A DNA stretch of 64,000 nt from the human T2T-CHM13v2.0 reference genome, Homo sapiens: NCBI RefSeq assembly GCF_009914755.1, contig NC_060926.1; one strand, 5' to 3'. Below the pieces are notes generated by a model, which saw only the letters and a program-made list of their open reading frames with translations, had not been told where the DNA came from and ran no database searches. Positions 15,454-31,450 of this stretch are shown here, piece by piece; positions within the stretch are counted from its first letter, which is position 1; the number at the start of each line of letters is the position of its first letter. The position numbers were made by a program, and so were the translations under genes.

Positions 15454-17617
15454 AAGCCTTGGTTTTCTTGGCTGGCTTCTGCTACTGACTGGACTGGGGC
15501 AGTGAGCTAGGACATCGGTGATCAGGGCCAAGTATTCTCACCCTGCTGTGCCTAGGGCAGAGTTCTGCCCAGATTCATCAGCTGCTCTTGTCTGGAACAG
15601 AGCTTCTGCAACAGAGTTGGGGGTAAGGACAGATGCTGGCAGCCTGACCCTCCTGGGCAGATGCCACAGCCCTAGACTAGAAGCTGGCAGGAGAGTCCAG
15701 TGTTCCTGGCTGTACCTGCACAGGGCAGAGCTTCTGTCTCCCCGAGCTGGGGGTACTGTGAGTGATAAGGCTGGTCCTGGCTCCCTCCCCGAGATCTGGG
15801 AGATTCTCATGAATAAATGTTGCTCCATTTGCTGCTAGCCCTTAGGACAATCTTCACAGATTTAAAATAGTTTTTTAAAAATAATTTTCACCAGTTATAA
15901 TTGTTTTGCTAACGAGAGGGTCAAGGAAGCTCCTCATACACAATTCCATTAAAGAAGACTTCTTAAGGAAGCAGAATGTTCTACATTCAGTTGAAAAAAG
16001 ATCAGTTGCTCTTTAGTTCTGTTCTGTTTGATTACACAAGGTCCTAGGCTGATGATGCAGAAGTTCACTTCTCATTCTAAGAACATATGAGTTGATATTT
16101 TAGATGGTCATTTTCTTCAATTACTATAGAGATATTTAATATAGATGTCTCTATTTCCTATGCTACTTTCATAATCTAGAACATACCATTTTCAGAAATT
16201 TAATAAGTGACAGGTAATGGGGTAATAAATGTCTCAGATACTCAGCTGATTTTGTGTATATTTCTAGAGATGGGCTAAGATACAGCCCAAATATAAAAAT
16301 CATTCATCCACCAAAACTATAAAGAAAGTAGCCAGGGTTATTGTGCAAGCCTCTTAGCAATGGCTGAATGATACTTACCAAAGGTAAAACTGTTCTAGAA
16401 AGGGCTTAAAAATGTATTTATCCTATAGACCTACAATATCAATTTACCAATATTTGCTCTTGTCTAATACTAAGAGAAGCATTCATTTGTTTTAAACAAA
16501 AGAAAATGTACAGTTAGTTATTGAGTCAGTGTCTACCAAGTGACAGGCCCTGTGTTAACTACAGGACATACAGGAGAGACACGGCCCCTCCCTCTCCAGG
16601 GGAGCACACAGAACGGAGCTATGGAACAACACAACCACACAGCAAAGGCACATACGGGGGGATCTGAAGAGCAGGGAAGCGAGGCCATTAAATGGGCAGA
16701 TTAAGGGTGCAAAAGCATTTATTAGAAGGAAAAATAATTGACCAATCATTTCAGGCAGAGAAAATGGCTAGAGATGTGGCTGCCCGGAGAGTGTGGGGCC
16801 TTCATCAGAGGAACAACAGTCTCAGGGCTGGAGAGAAAGAATGAGAGAAAGTCACAGATGTGAAGGTGGGTGGGAGCTAAGGGATCAGATAACAAAAAGG
16901 CCTCAGGGTTCTAGTTACATTTCAGAAAAGTAACTGCAGTGGCTCTAGAAAGCCACAGGAAAGCCACAGCGAGATGCAGTCCCTCCCCTGGCTCTGAATT
17001 GGAGGCACAGAGCAGCCTGCCCCTCACAGACAGGGTGACTCAAGACTTTCAGATGAAAAACCGACAGATTTGTGCTAATGGACAGCAAGAAGAGGGCAGT
17101 CTTCAGGGTGCCTCCCAGGTTAGGCTTAGGCAACTAGATGGATAGGGACAGCAAAAACTGGCGATCAATAAAGAAATGTGTGTGTTACAGAAGCTTGTGG
17201 TAGACGGCTATGTGGCTGCCAGGTATAAGGCTATGTCAGTGGACATCTCAACACAGATGTGACGCTGGGGAGGAGGGAAGGGGCCCGAAGCACAGATTCT
17301 GGCCTGTCAATGTGAGCTGAGGCTGGAGAGGAGCTAAACCCATCCAGTAGGAGGCAGTGCAGGCAGACTCTCTATCAGGGAGCATCAACAAGAGCATGAC
17401 ACACAGCACGGAAGGAGCGAGAAAGACAGCCCAATCTGTGATATGAAATCCTACTTGGGTCAAATAATAAAAGCAAGTACTACAACACAGCACACATAAA
17501 ACCTGGAGGACACTGGTAATTGTAATCCTCAAGTTGCTTAACATCTGAAAAGAACTGAAAAGTACTTTAGGAGTAAGTCCAGAAAAATAAAGGCCATTTT
17601 ACTAAAGTAGATATTAC

Positions 17618-17684
17618 CTATTCTGAAATAGCCATCTTCTAATCGTTTGTCTTTGGTTTCTTTGCTTATTTCCAAACCTTCACT
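17618..17684 (-). CDS. MGAT4A: MGAT4A exon (probable 14): [22 protein letters not shown](G)
   Basis: ttttag acceptor, TAG|gtaata donor; 67 nt. Confidence 0.95.
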
Positions 17685-18106
17685 CTAAAATAAAACAAAA
17701 GCATTAATTTCAAAAATAATTCTTTCTATTTAACCTAAGTTATTAATATATCTTAATATAGATGAAGTGGCATTTGTAACACAGCTATCCCTAAAAAGAG
17801 AAATATCATCTCAGTCTTGAACTTTAAAAAACTTATTAGATTAATAATAAAAGATGTTTTCTTAAGCCATCGTTTGAATCTGTATATAATATATTGGTGG
17901 TTGGAAATGAAACATTAAATCAATTAAACAGAACAGTATTTTCTATTAAAACTATAGAAGAACTGTGTAGTTAACTTGAAAGAAATCTAAGGATTCCTTA
18001 GAGACCAATAAATTAAATTGTGTATTAATTAACAGGCATTAAAAACACATAGAATTTGGACTCAAAATACAAACAGCAAGTAAACACTAAAGAAAACAAT
18101 GATTCA

Positions 18107-18698
<592 letters not shown>

Positions 18699-18922
18699 TG
18701 TTACTTTCCAAGATAAAACAAAATGAAGGCTCTTTCTATGAATGGGTCAAATGCACTCGTCAAATATAAAAGTGCTTCATATTTCAAAAAAAATTAATAT
18801 TATTCACCATTGAGTCCTGCAAATCATGAGAATTTTCTTTCCCCTTAAAAACAAGAAAAGCTTCAAGCTAAGTCTACTAGTATTAGTTGTTAGGGAAAGG
18901 TAAGAGGAAATAGCAGTCATAC

Positions 18923-19001
18923 CTTAAAAGGCAAAACTTCCACAGTTGTGTTTAGCAGAATATCTCCAGGATGTTCTTGGTTGCCGCTATGGAACAAATA
19001 A
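18923..19001 (-). CDS. MGAT4A: MGAT4A exon (probable 13): (S)[26 protein letters not shown]
   Basis: tttcag acceptor, AAG|gtatga donor; 79 nt; C-terminal lectin-domain segment with NTT sequon. Confidence 0.96.
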
Positions 19002-19393
19002 CTGAAAATACAAACATCAAAATAAAAACACAAGTCGGGCTAGATTTTACAAAGATTCAAGAAAATGACCTTACCTCAGAGTCAGCTTTTCTACACAAGA
19101 CTCTAAGCAAGCAAAGTTGACAACGCTAGAGCTTCTAATAACTGCACAGTATGTGTTCTGAATGGTTGTAGGGAACTTAGAAACTTAAGAGCATGACTCC
19201 TAGGTGATAAGTTCATTCCTTCTGTCAGAAACAATTATGTTTGCTGCTTAACATAATAATGTACCTAGATATTTTCAAAAAGGATGAGTTTTATGTCACT
19301 GTCTATAATGCTTTAAATATTTAACCCTCTTCCCAGAAAATTATAACACCTATATAATACTGCTGTATCTTATATCAGAAAAAAACTTCACTA

Positions 19394-19765
<372 letters not shown>

Positions 19766-20059
19766 AAACAAAGACTAGTTCTATCCAATACAAATAACTT
19801 TAATATTAGTAGACTAAAAGTAAATTAACCTCTTAAAATATCTGAATATCAATATTAAAAAAGCATTTGAAGAATGACTAATTATCGATATATGGTGACA
19901 GATCTAAAATACTTTCTGGGTGTGAGTATAATACTCTGTTTTTGATACTCTGAAAACAAACTAGTAAGTATGCGTATGCGTTCTCAGGGTGTGGGGAAGG
20001 GAGGAAACTAGGTCAGACATGCAAAGTATGTCTGAATCTAAACCTAACTCTAGTTCAGT

Positions 20060-20272
20060 TGCATGGTTAAAAGTTTAGGCTTAGGAGTCAGAAAGACCTG
20101 GGTCCAAATCCTGGGTCTCTCAGTTACTAGAATTGTCACCTTTCACGAGTTTCCTCAGCTTTCTGAGCCTGAGTTTCTTCTATAATGCAGACAGTCCCAT
20201 CTACCTCAGAGGACTGCTCCAATCAGTTCAGGAGAACTGACAAAAAGTCCCCCGCACATTCAAAATGCTCAG
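20060..20272 (+). mobile_element. MIR
   Basis: ggagtcagaaagacctgggtccaaatcctgg...ctgagcctgagtttcttctataatg core. Confidence 0.75.
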
Positions 20273-21329
20273 CCAGTCACAGTATGGTTACGATACAGTT
20301 ACAGCGGTGGGCCAGTAGATATGGCTGTAAAAGGTTACGTGGGAATTCTTGGGGTGATAGAAACGGTCCTTATCTTGATATACTGTGTCAAAACCACAGT
20401 CTGCAAGATGCTCCCCTTGGGCAAGTGGGGTGATGGGTACACAGGATGTCTCAGTTTTACTTCCTACAGCTGCGTGTGAATCTATACTTTCTCAAAAGTC
20501 AAAGACTAAGAAAAAGAAATTGATTGTTGAGGGAAAAAGCACACAAAATAAATGTATCAAGTCAAGTGAAACTGTCCCTGTTATCTCACCTCTATTAACA
20601 GTTTAATAGATTTTTTGCAGATTTGTTCTATGTACATAATATATGTAAAACATTGTTTTTATTTTTCAAAAAATCCTTCTATAATCTATAATTCTATACT
20701 CTCTATATAGAATGCTATATATTCTAGAATCCTATACACATATAATGCCATAATCTATAAAATGATCTATAAGGATATTCTATAAAGTTATAAAATTTGC
20801 TTTTCACCCCACTTAGTATATATCTAAGAAAGTTTTCATGTCAATACATACTAATCTACGTCAATATTTTTGATGACTGCTTACAGCATTCCACTGCGTG
20901 GCAATATCATTTTATTTAACCAAACACATACTAATGGACATCTATGCTGTTTCTAATTCTATGCTGGCTCTCTGAGTGGTAAACAATATCTCAAAGTGCA
21001 GAGTATTACTAATAGTATAAAAATGAACTTTAACAGCAAAACAAATAAATGCTCATGCAAGTGCAAAATATTATTCAAAACTATTTCTGTATGTTCTTCC
21101 AGTGGTATTCCCAATGCTTAAAACACTTTTAAAACTTGAATTCCTCTTTGGAATCAGTTTAGAGTAACAAAAGAAAATTAGTAACATTGTATCACAGCTC
21201 TAAATTGTTTCTGACCACCTCAAATAGAATTACTGAAAATGATTTCTGGTGGATTCTAAAAATCAAATTGGCCCTCCCATTGGGACACATAAAAGGAAAC
21301 ACCACAGAGTGGGGAACTATGTTCCTTTA

Positions 21330-21740
<411 letters not shown>

Positions 21741-22213
21741 TCAAAAACATAAAATGGCTGTAAATTTCTCCCTGGTGTACCGAAAATAACCTAGCATTTG
21801 TAAAACTATTGACTAAGAATAGTCATACTCTGTCAAATTTATCATTTCAACCAAATTGCTGGGCTAATCAACTAGCTCCAGATCAATTTTCAAGGGACAT
21901 ACCAGGATAAAGACATAAACACTAATTTGAGATTTTCGAGAGTTCCGCAAAAAAGTATTAAAAAATTATACTAGATATACTAAGTCCAGAAATACCAATG
22001 AAGTTCACCAAACGTGTTAAATGTTGACATTACATCTGAAAACAACATACTCGTTTTATTATGGAGTTGTTTTACATGTAATTTAAAGCCCAACATTTTG
22101 GGCCCCACTGTGTCCCCACATCTGTCAGGCACACACACAAAAATCTATTATAAATCACATTACGAATAAGAGATCCAAATTGTAAGATCACATACATTTC
22201 AATAATCACCAAC

Positions 22214-22407
22214 CTTTCTACATTGACTGGTTTATCAAATTTAAACAAGATGTAGTCTCCAGCTATCGGTGTGATAGCCCAGAAGAAATCCTCTCCCATG
22301 TAAGTTTTCTCCAGCGTATGCCCTTGGTAGACCTTCAAGGAAGTAGATACCTCCGCAGGTGGGTTTACATGGATTTTAAGAAGTAATGGTTTCATATAAT
22401 CTTTATC
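22214..22407 (-). CDS. MGAT4A: MGAT4A exon (probable 12): [20 protein letters not shown]...FDKPVNVE(S)
   Basis: ctcccag acceptor, AAG|gttggt donor; 194 nt. Confidence 0.96.
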
Positions 22408-22526
22408 CTGGGAGCAAAGACATATATGCTATTAAATAATACACAGCTTATTTAAGAAGAAAAACAATAATTATAACTTAAATAACAAGTTGTATGTTCA
22501 TGAGAAAATAAAATTAAGTCACCAAC

Positions 22527-22634
22527 CGTGAGTTTTTGGATTTTTCCTGATAGTGATGAGTGCAGACCAACATGTTGGAAAAGGGAAGGTCTGAAGCGAA
22601 TTCGCAGATTTGCTTTCTGTCTATCACAATGTTT
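22527..22634 (-). CDS. MGAT4A: MGAT4A exon (probable 11): [36 protein letters not shown]
   Basis: atttag acceptor, ACG|gttggt donor; 108 nt; GT54 motif PSLFQHVG. Confidence 0.96.
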
Positions 22635-22717
22635 CTAAATATTAAAAAAAATCACGTTAGTGTTGCATCATAAAGTGAAATCTTGCCCTCACCTGGAAAA
22701 TGAGAAGTCCTTTATTA

Positions 22718-23138
<421 letters not shown>

Positions 23139-23614
23139 TCATGATCCAGAAATTTAAAATAAGCATAGTTAAGGGAAGAGTGAAGGATTTAATTTCAACC
23201 ATCCTTCAACACATGTCAACAAAGATTTGACTTTTAATATTAAAATGAATAAACTATAGACTAGGGGGTTAGTTCAAATATACAAAATATTTTTTATTTA
23301 ATAATATAATGAATTTGCAAATTATAAATGGCGCATTTTGTTGCATGAAAGCAACTTGAAAATGTGAGGCAATCATTTGCCTAGAAGCAAGTAAATGATA
23401 TTAAAAATTCCACAGACAATCTCTGTCAACACAGGAAGGGACACCTATGTTTCAACTCGTAGTGCCCCACGGTCCAGACGTTCCATCTCAACCTGTCCTC
23501 ATGCATGGGCCTGGCGTGTGAAGGCTGTGCAACACCGAGGGCCACCTTGACAAATATTTATTTAGACTTTTCATTTTCAATAACTTACAAAAGTTTGGGG
23601 CCAAAAAAAAATCA

Positions 23615-24417
<803 letters not shown>

Positions 24418-25589
24418 AAGAAATTTACACTTTAGAAGACTTCTAATAATATACTGGGTGCTAAAATGCCTACTTCTCAAGAGGTTTCACTTCACTGGCA
24501 TTATTACTGACACTACAATAAAGGTGAAATAGTGTATTTTCTTTGCACAAATACTCAAGTGGAAGGAGAAAGAAAGGGAGGAAGAGTCAAAGGGAAGGGC
24601 AAAGGGCAAGAGAGAGAGAAGACTGGGGAGCGCAAGGTTGAGGAGAGAGCAAAACCACCGAGGCAGTGTCTGGAACTCAGCCTGTCACTCCAGTGGCAAT
24701 GGAAGGACTCTGGCCGAAGGGCCCAAGCACGCTGATAACCCTTTGGGACAATGTATAAATGATTCGAAGGGTTTCCCAGGCCACTGTCAAGGATGTGGCG
24801 ACAGCACCCTCGAGATTCTAGGGGAAGCAACTGAAGAATTAGAGGCCACACAAAAACATGGACTACAGAAGGGTGAAGGAATGGATGAAATCGTCCAAAA
24901 GTTCATGTACCCAAATTTATGGAGGATTTAGAGGGTTTTTGTGGTTTTAATTTCTACTATAGATTTTTTCACCTCACAGGCTCATTTTAGAACCTAACCA
25001 CATATTAAATAAAATTGCACAGGACGAATGGAATGCAAGTGTATTGTAGGAGGTTAAAGATGACGTTAACTTTTTCTGTGTCCTACAATAAAAATTTCTA
25101 TAAGTCACAGTGAAAATGTGCATAAGGACTGAGATCTCTAAAAAATGATTTGTTTAAAACAATTTATATGTTCAACTAATTGTGGGAAAACAGATACTCT
25201 GCCATTGCTAGATTCCATGATTTCCTCTAACTAAGAATGTGTTGGGGTTTTTTAAAATTTTTGTGGTTTTTTTTAAACAGAATGCAATGAGAGCCTACAG
25301 ACACCAGAAGGTAGTATCCTAAAACCTAGCAGGTATGAGGATCCAACTATTCTAGGGAGTAGAAGGTCATGAAGTCAAACTAATGCTTATTTGTTACAAT
25401 GAATGGTAAGTCAACTCTATAATGACATGTTCTTACAGTAATACTTATCATTACACATCAAAATGGACATTTTAAAGAATTTGTACTTTTACATATTGTT
25501 TATGCTTACATCAAATAAATTAAAAGCTATAGTTTTTTTTCAGAGACACAATTCAAATTGGACAAGGAAAACATACCTAATTACTCTTT

Positions 25590-25731
25590 TTAAAAAAAAA
25601 TCATTGTTTTTTTGTAGAGATGGGTCTTGATATGTTGCCCAGGCTTGTCCTGAACTTCTGGGCTCAAGTGATCCTCCAGTCTTGGGCTCCCAAGGTGCTG
25701 GGATTACAGGCGTGAACCACTGCACCTGGCC
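25590..25731 (-). mobile_element. FLAM-like Alu monomer
   Basis: Left-arm monomer; flanking cctaattactct repeats. Confidence 0.8.
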
Positions 25732-26330
25732 TAATTACTCTTAACAATAAGATCTCTATGGTAATAACATGCTATCTGAATGATCAAAGCAAAAATTATT
25801 ATTCACTTACTTGACTGCAACTATTATCCCAAAGGTAATCATATTATTATGAACACTGGCTTTTTGTAACACGCTGAAAGGTACTTTAACGTCTCATTGT
25901 TTTGGTATAAAATATTACTTCTATTTTATTCCTCATTTACAGATGTGTTAGGGTCTAATATCGTCCCCAGTATACAAGGAAAAAGAGAGTGAACAGGAAA
26001 TATGAAGAAAACAAACTGAAATGGTATCCCATGCCAAGAACAGATATGACCAACATCTACATCCAATGTTAGTAAACCACCAGGGCTTACAAACACTAGA
26101 AACATTTATCAGCAATTTAAAGAATGTACGTCATCTTGTAACAGCTTCCTGCTTTACAGGATCTTCCACTGCTATCTAAAAGTTCTTCTAATATAGAAAC
26201 TTTTTATCAGCTCAGGAAAGAAGTTTTATATCACCTACCTATTTAACTATTTATTTGCAAAATCTCTAAAAGTCACTTTCACGAAATACAGAAGTGAAAC
26301 TCCCTCCACTCTGGTGAGGAATTAACTTAC

Positions 26331-26461
26331 TGCATCTTTTTCAGGGTTGCAGACTTTCACCCAGAGAATATGGTCCAGGAGCCAATCAATGGGTTTCTCC
26401 TTGTAAAACATGAATATGAATTCTACAATCAGAGTAAGATCCGGCGCTTGAAACATTTTAC
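26331..26461 (-). CDS. MGAT4A: MGAT4A exon (probable 10): (G)[43 protein letters not shown]
   Basis: cttttcag acceptor, GCA|gtaagt donor; 131 nt. Confidence 0.96.
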
Positions 26462-27046
26462 CTGAAAAGATATTCCCAGTCAATAGCTGCAATGAAGAAA
26501 CCAAGCACCAAAATGGCTTACATTCATGAAATCTTGCCCACGACATACACTGAGGCTTGCGCTTTCAACTATAAATCATCATAAACAATTTCCCCACTTG
26601 TATTATCAAAATTAAACAAAGTTGCTTCGGCTAAACTTTCTCTTGAGCTGTCACCTGGGTGTAAACAGATATAGTAAATTCCCGATGTTACTATAATAAT
26701 CTATCGTATACCTACTGGCCCAAAGCATTCAAAAAGCAAGTCAGAGATTTTCCCTTCGTGTCTTACTAAGATTCTTCCCATTTAACATTGAGAGGTTTAG
26801 GTAAAAAATTTTATCTGAATCAATAAATGCAAAAAATAAGGACTCCTAATTTTGTTTTCACTAAAGCATTTGCAAGTAAAGATAGTTTTTGACTTTTAAG
26901 TTTTGAGTTAAATGATCAAGATTGTCAAAGGTCCAGCCTCTAAATGCTTAAAGTGTTAAAAAGTACCATAGGAGATGAAATGTTAACCTCTCAATATTAT
27001 TTGAACCCTGTAAATTTCCTTCAATTCTTCAACTTTAAACATACTC

Positions 27047-27396
<350 letters not shown>

Positions 27397-27835
27397 TAGA
27401 AATGAGTGCCCCAACTAGTTAAGAGAAAAACGAATAAAAATTAATCACTGAATTAGGACTTCATGCATTGCATGAAAATACTAGGAATTTATATGAGAAA
27501 ACTCTTTGTGGTATTGTTTTTAAAAGAACTGCAATCTTATGTTAACAAAGGAGCTGGAAATGCCAGAGAAGAAAAAATCAAACATGCTCACCAGCACCAC
27601 GGTTGGCATTGTGAAGAACGCTACAGTAAATACAATAATCTTAGAAGTCTCCAAATTCTATTCTGGGTTGACTTTCATCATGTCATACAAAGAGGTTTAC
27701 CTAACTTAAGTTTTCTCTAAAACAACCCATTTCCATAGGAAAAAAAGACATCTTTAGGACAAGTAGCTACTTGGTTTTAGATTCTGAGAGTCACAGTTAT
27801 TTATGAAAAGTAGGTAAGTGTGACACTTTTCTTAC

Positions 27836-27950
27836 CAATGAAGCCCAGCTGGGAAAACTCTAGAATCATCCATTCCTCAGAAGAAAGTTGAAGTGCAAAA
27901 TTTTTTATGGTATTAAAATAATTTTGTTTGACAATAATATCATCTTCAAG
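27836..27950 (-). CDS. MGAT4A: MGAT4A exon (probable 9): [38 protein letters not shown](G)
   Basis: tctctag acceptor, TTG|gtaaga donor; 115 nt; EDD (DxD-like) metal-binding motif. Confidence 0.96.
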
Positions 27951-28829
27951 CTAGAGAAAATTGAACAATCATATTAATACATCAAAAAAAGAAAGGTATT
28001 GAGAGAAGGATATTATTATGGAAAAATACAAGCATACCTTTATCATGAAAATGAAGAAGACAATGGTAAAAACAATAAAAATATAAAGCTAGATATTATT
28101 AAAAGAAAGTGAAGAAAACAAAATGGAAGAAATACATCGTAAGTCAACTAAGCCACTCCTTTCTATGGGAAATAACAATGAGGAAAATGAGGACATCCTT
28201 TCCAAGTAAGACAGCTGGAATGATGCTGACATGTGAGTGGATGGGGCAGAGAGAGCACAAGATAAAGGTCTTATCACAGCAGAAGTTATGGGGAGGGAGG
28301 GGGAAAAAGAGAAGGAGGATATCAGGATACATTCTATGGGGTAGAAAGCACAAAGAAAGTTTAAACTGAATTTAGTAGTCTTACTGTTAGTAGTGATAAT
28401 GGTATTGATATTGTGAAGCTATTTTACGTATATTACAGAATAAAAAATTATATTATTAGGATATTATTGAAAACCAAGGCTTTCAATATAAAAGAAAATA
28501 AATACACGTAAAAATTTGAAAAGCTAAGTAAAAGTCCTATAATTTTATTATAACCCTAAAATCTTACATCTTAATCCAGTTTGAATTGGAACTATCAATA
28601 CAAACGTGTGATTTTTTTTTCCTCTGTAAAATAAAATACACTTTTTCTTGCTGAAAGTCCTAGAAGCAAAAACAAGACAATAGCAATGAGCACCTTTAAG
28701 CGCCCAGATTGTGCTTCTATATACCACACACCCTGAAGAGGAATAGCACTCCTCAATGATCGATTCCAGATCTGGGATAGGAAATGCGCAAGATGTGCCA
28801 ATCATCAAAGAAACAATCACAATTACTGA

Positions 28830-29040
28830 GGCCAGGCACAGTGGCTCACGCCTGTAATCCCAGCACTTCGGGGGGCCCAAGCAGGTAGATGGCTTGAGTT
28901 GCCCAGGAGTTCAAGATGAGCCTAGGCAACAGAGCAAGACCTCATCTCTACAAAAAATTAAAAAATTAGCCAGGCATGGGGGTGGGTACCTGTAATACTA
29001 GCTACTTGGAAGGCTAAGGCAGGAGGATCACTTGAGCCCC
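28830..29040 (+). mobile_element. 3'-truncated AluJ-like
   Basis: Left arm plus part of right arm; ends at cacttgagcccc. Confidence 0.85.
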
Positions 29041-29202
29041 CAAAAAGATTGCTGGACTTATATAGAAAGGATACAAAAGCCAATTTGAAGGGGTTCCCAC
29101 TGGATTATGATGTACCAATGAAAGCATCAATAAGAATAATGATTGCAATGGACTGTGGCAAATCAAATGTATTTTAAATATCCATCACTTCATAACGATA
29201 CA

Positions 29203-29318
29203 TTGTTTTTAAGGGGATGCATGTGCAGGTCTGTTACATGGATAGATTGCATAATGCTGGGGTTTGGGCTTCTATTGAGCCCACCATCCAAATGGTGAAC
29301 ATAGTACCCAATAGGTAA
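29203..29318 (-). mobile_element. Short L1PB-like 3' end insertion
   Basis: catgtgcaggtctgttacatgg...catagtacccaataggta; TSD cataacgatac/cataatgatac. Confidence 0.75.
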
Positions 29319-29713
29319 CATAATGATACTTTAAAAACAGCCACAACTGTAGATTGCTAAGGCACCAACTTTAAAAATTAGTAAGAGCATGAAATCAAGC
29401 ATTTACTCCAGCCTTTCTTTAAGAACTGTTTTTCAAGGTAATCTAATAAAGGAAGAAAAATTCTTTATAGAAGAACTCAACATAGCATTTAGAACTAAGC
29501 TAAGAGCATTAGCAATTACAGAATTAGGAAAGCACCACTTGGAAACCGCTAATGAAATAAGTGATCTAGGGAAAAATAATCAATGGATGCTGAAACCTTA
29601 AGTGGAACAGCTGCTGGAGAGCTAAATTTATAATGCAGCAATGAGGCAGGCATATGGAACCCACTGATTACTCTCAGCCTCGCTGGAGGTGGGACTGCCT
29701 GATGTAATGTGCT

Positions 29714-30027
29714 CTTTTTTTATTTTTATTTTTTATTTTTGAGATGGAGTTTCCCTCTGTCGCCCACACTGGAGTGCAGTGGTACAATCTCGGCTCACTG
29801 TAACCTCTGCCTCTTGGGTTCAAGTGATTCTCCTGCCTCAGCCTCCCCAAGTAGCTGAGACTACAGGCACACGCCACCACGCCTAGCTAATTTTTTTTGT
29901 ATTTTTAGTAGAGATGAGGTTTCACCATGTTGGCCAGGCTGGTCTCGAACCCTTGACCTCAGGTGATCCACCCGCCTCGGCCTCTCAAAGTGTTGGGATT
30001 ACAGGCGTGAGCCACTGTGCCCGGCCC
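29714..30027 (-). mobile_element. AluS-like
   Basis: Full dimer, T-rich tail at left. Confidence 0.92.
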
Positions 30028-30624
30028 ATAACGCGCTTTCTTATGCGCTACCGTAAGACTTACTCAAGCACCACCTGTGAAGTGCCTGCATCATCTATCA
30101 GTTTTCCAGAAGGCACCGTGTTCAACTCAGAGTTTTTTGCAATAAAGCACTTTATGAAACCGTATGATGCTGTCAGTGGAAACTCCATTCCAAGCCACAG
30201 CATCTCCCTTTCCCCTGAGGGGTATGTCTATGACAATCACAAAGTAACCCCTGACTCTACTGCCTTTTGGAAAGCATTCTTTAAGAGTCATGGATGTGAT
30301 ACATTCCCAAACCATGCAAACCTGGAGTCATATCCCAAGGGGATAATTATGACGTCTGGAATAAATTCCTTTGCCACATCACCTCTCATCTTAGTCTTCA
30401 ACAAAATGTCACAGGTAAAATCTAACCTGTATGAACATTTAAAACTACCATTAACTGAGAACTTTTTAGGCTAATATGTTTTTCCCACTAATACTCTGTA
30501 GATGACAATGAACTCACTGAGAGAATTCCACATAATAAGCGTATGTGAAGACTTGAATATAAAGCAACTCCCTCTTTCCTGAGGCATAATTTTTGGGCAA
30601 ATGTGATTATTTTAAGAATGTTCA

Positions 30625-31450
<826 letters not shown>

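Noticed and set aside
14900-15860. GC-rich stretch with ORFs on both strands (similar patches at 23420-23550, 24640-24930, 55410-55660)
   Set aside because: Looks like old repeat-derived sequence that I cannot assign; no splice or protein evidence.
16371-16396. Strong - strand donor TTG|gtaagta with ctag acceptor 16 nt upstream
   Set aside because: Very short, no supporting regulatory motifs; such pairs are common by chance.
20676-20792. Recurrent tctata motifs
   Set aside because: Degenerate AT-rich low-complexity sequence without regular period.
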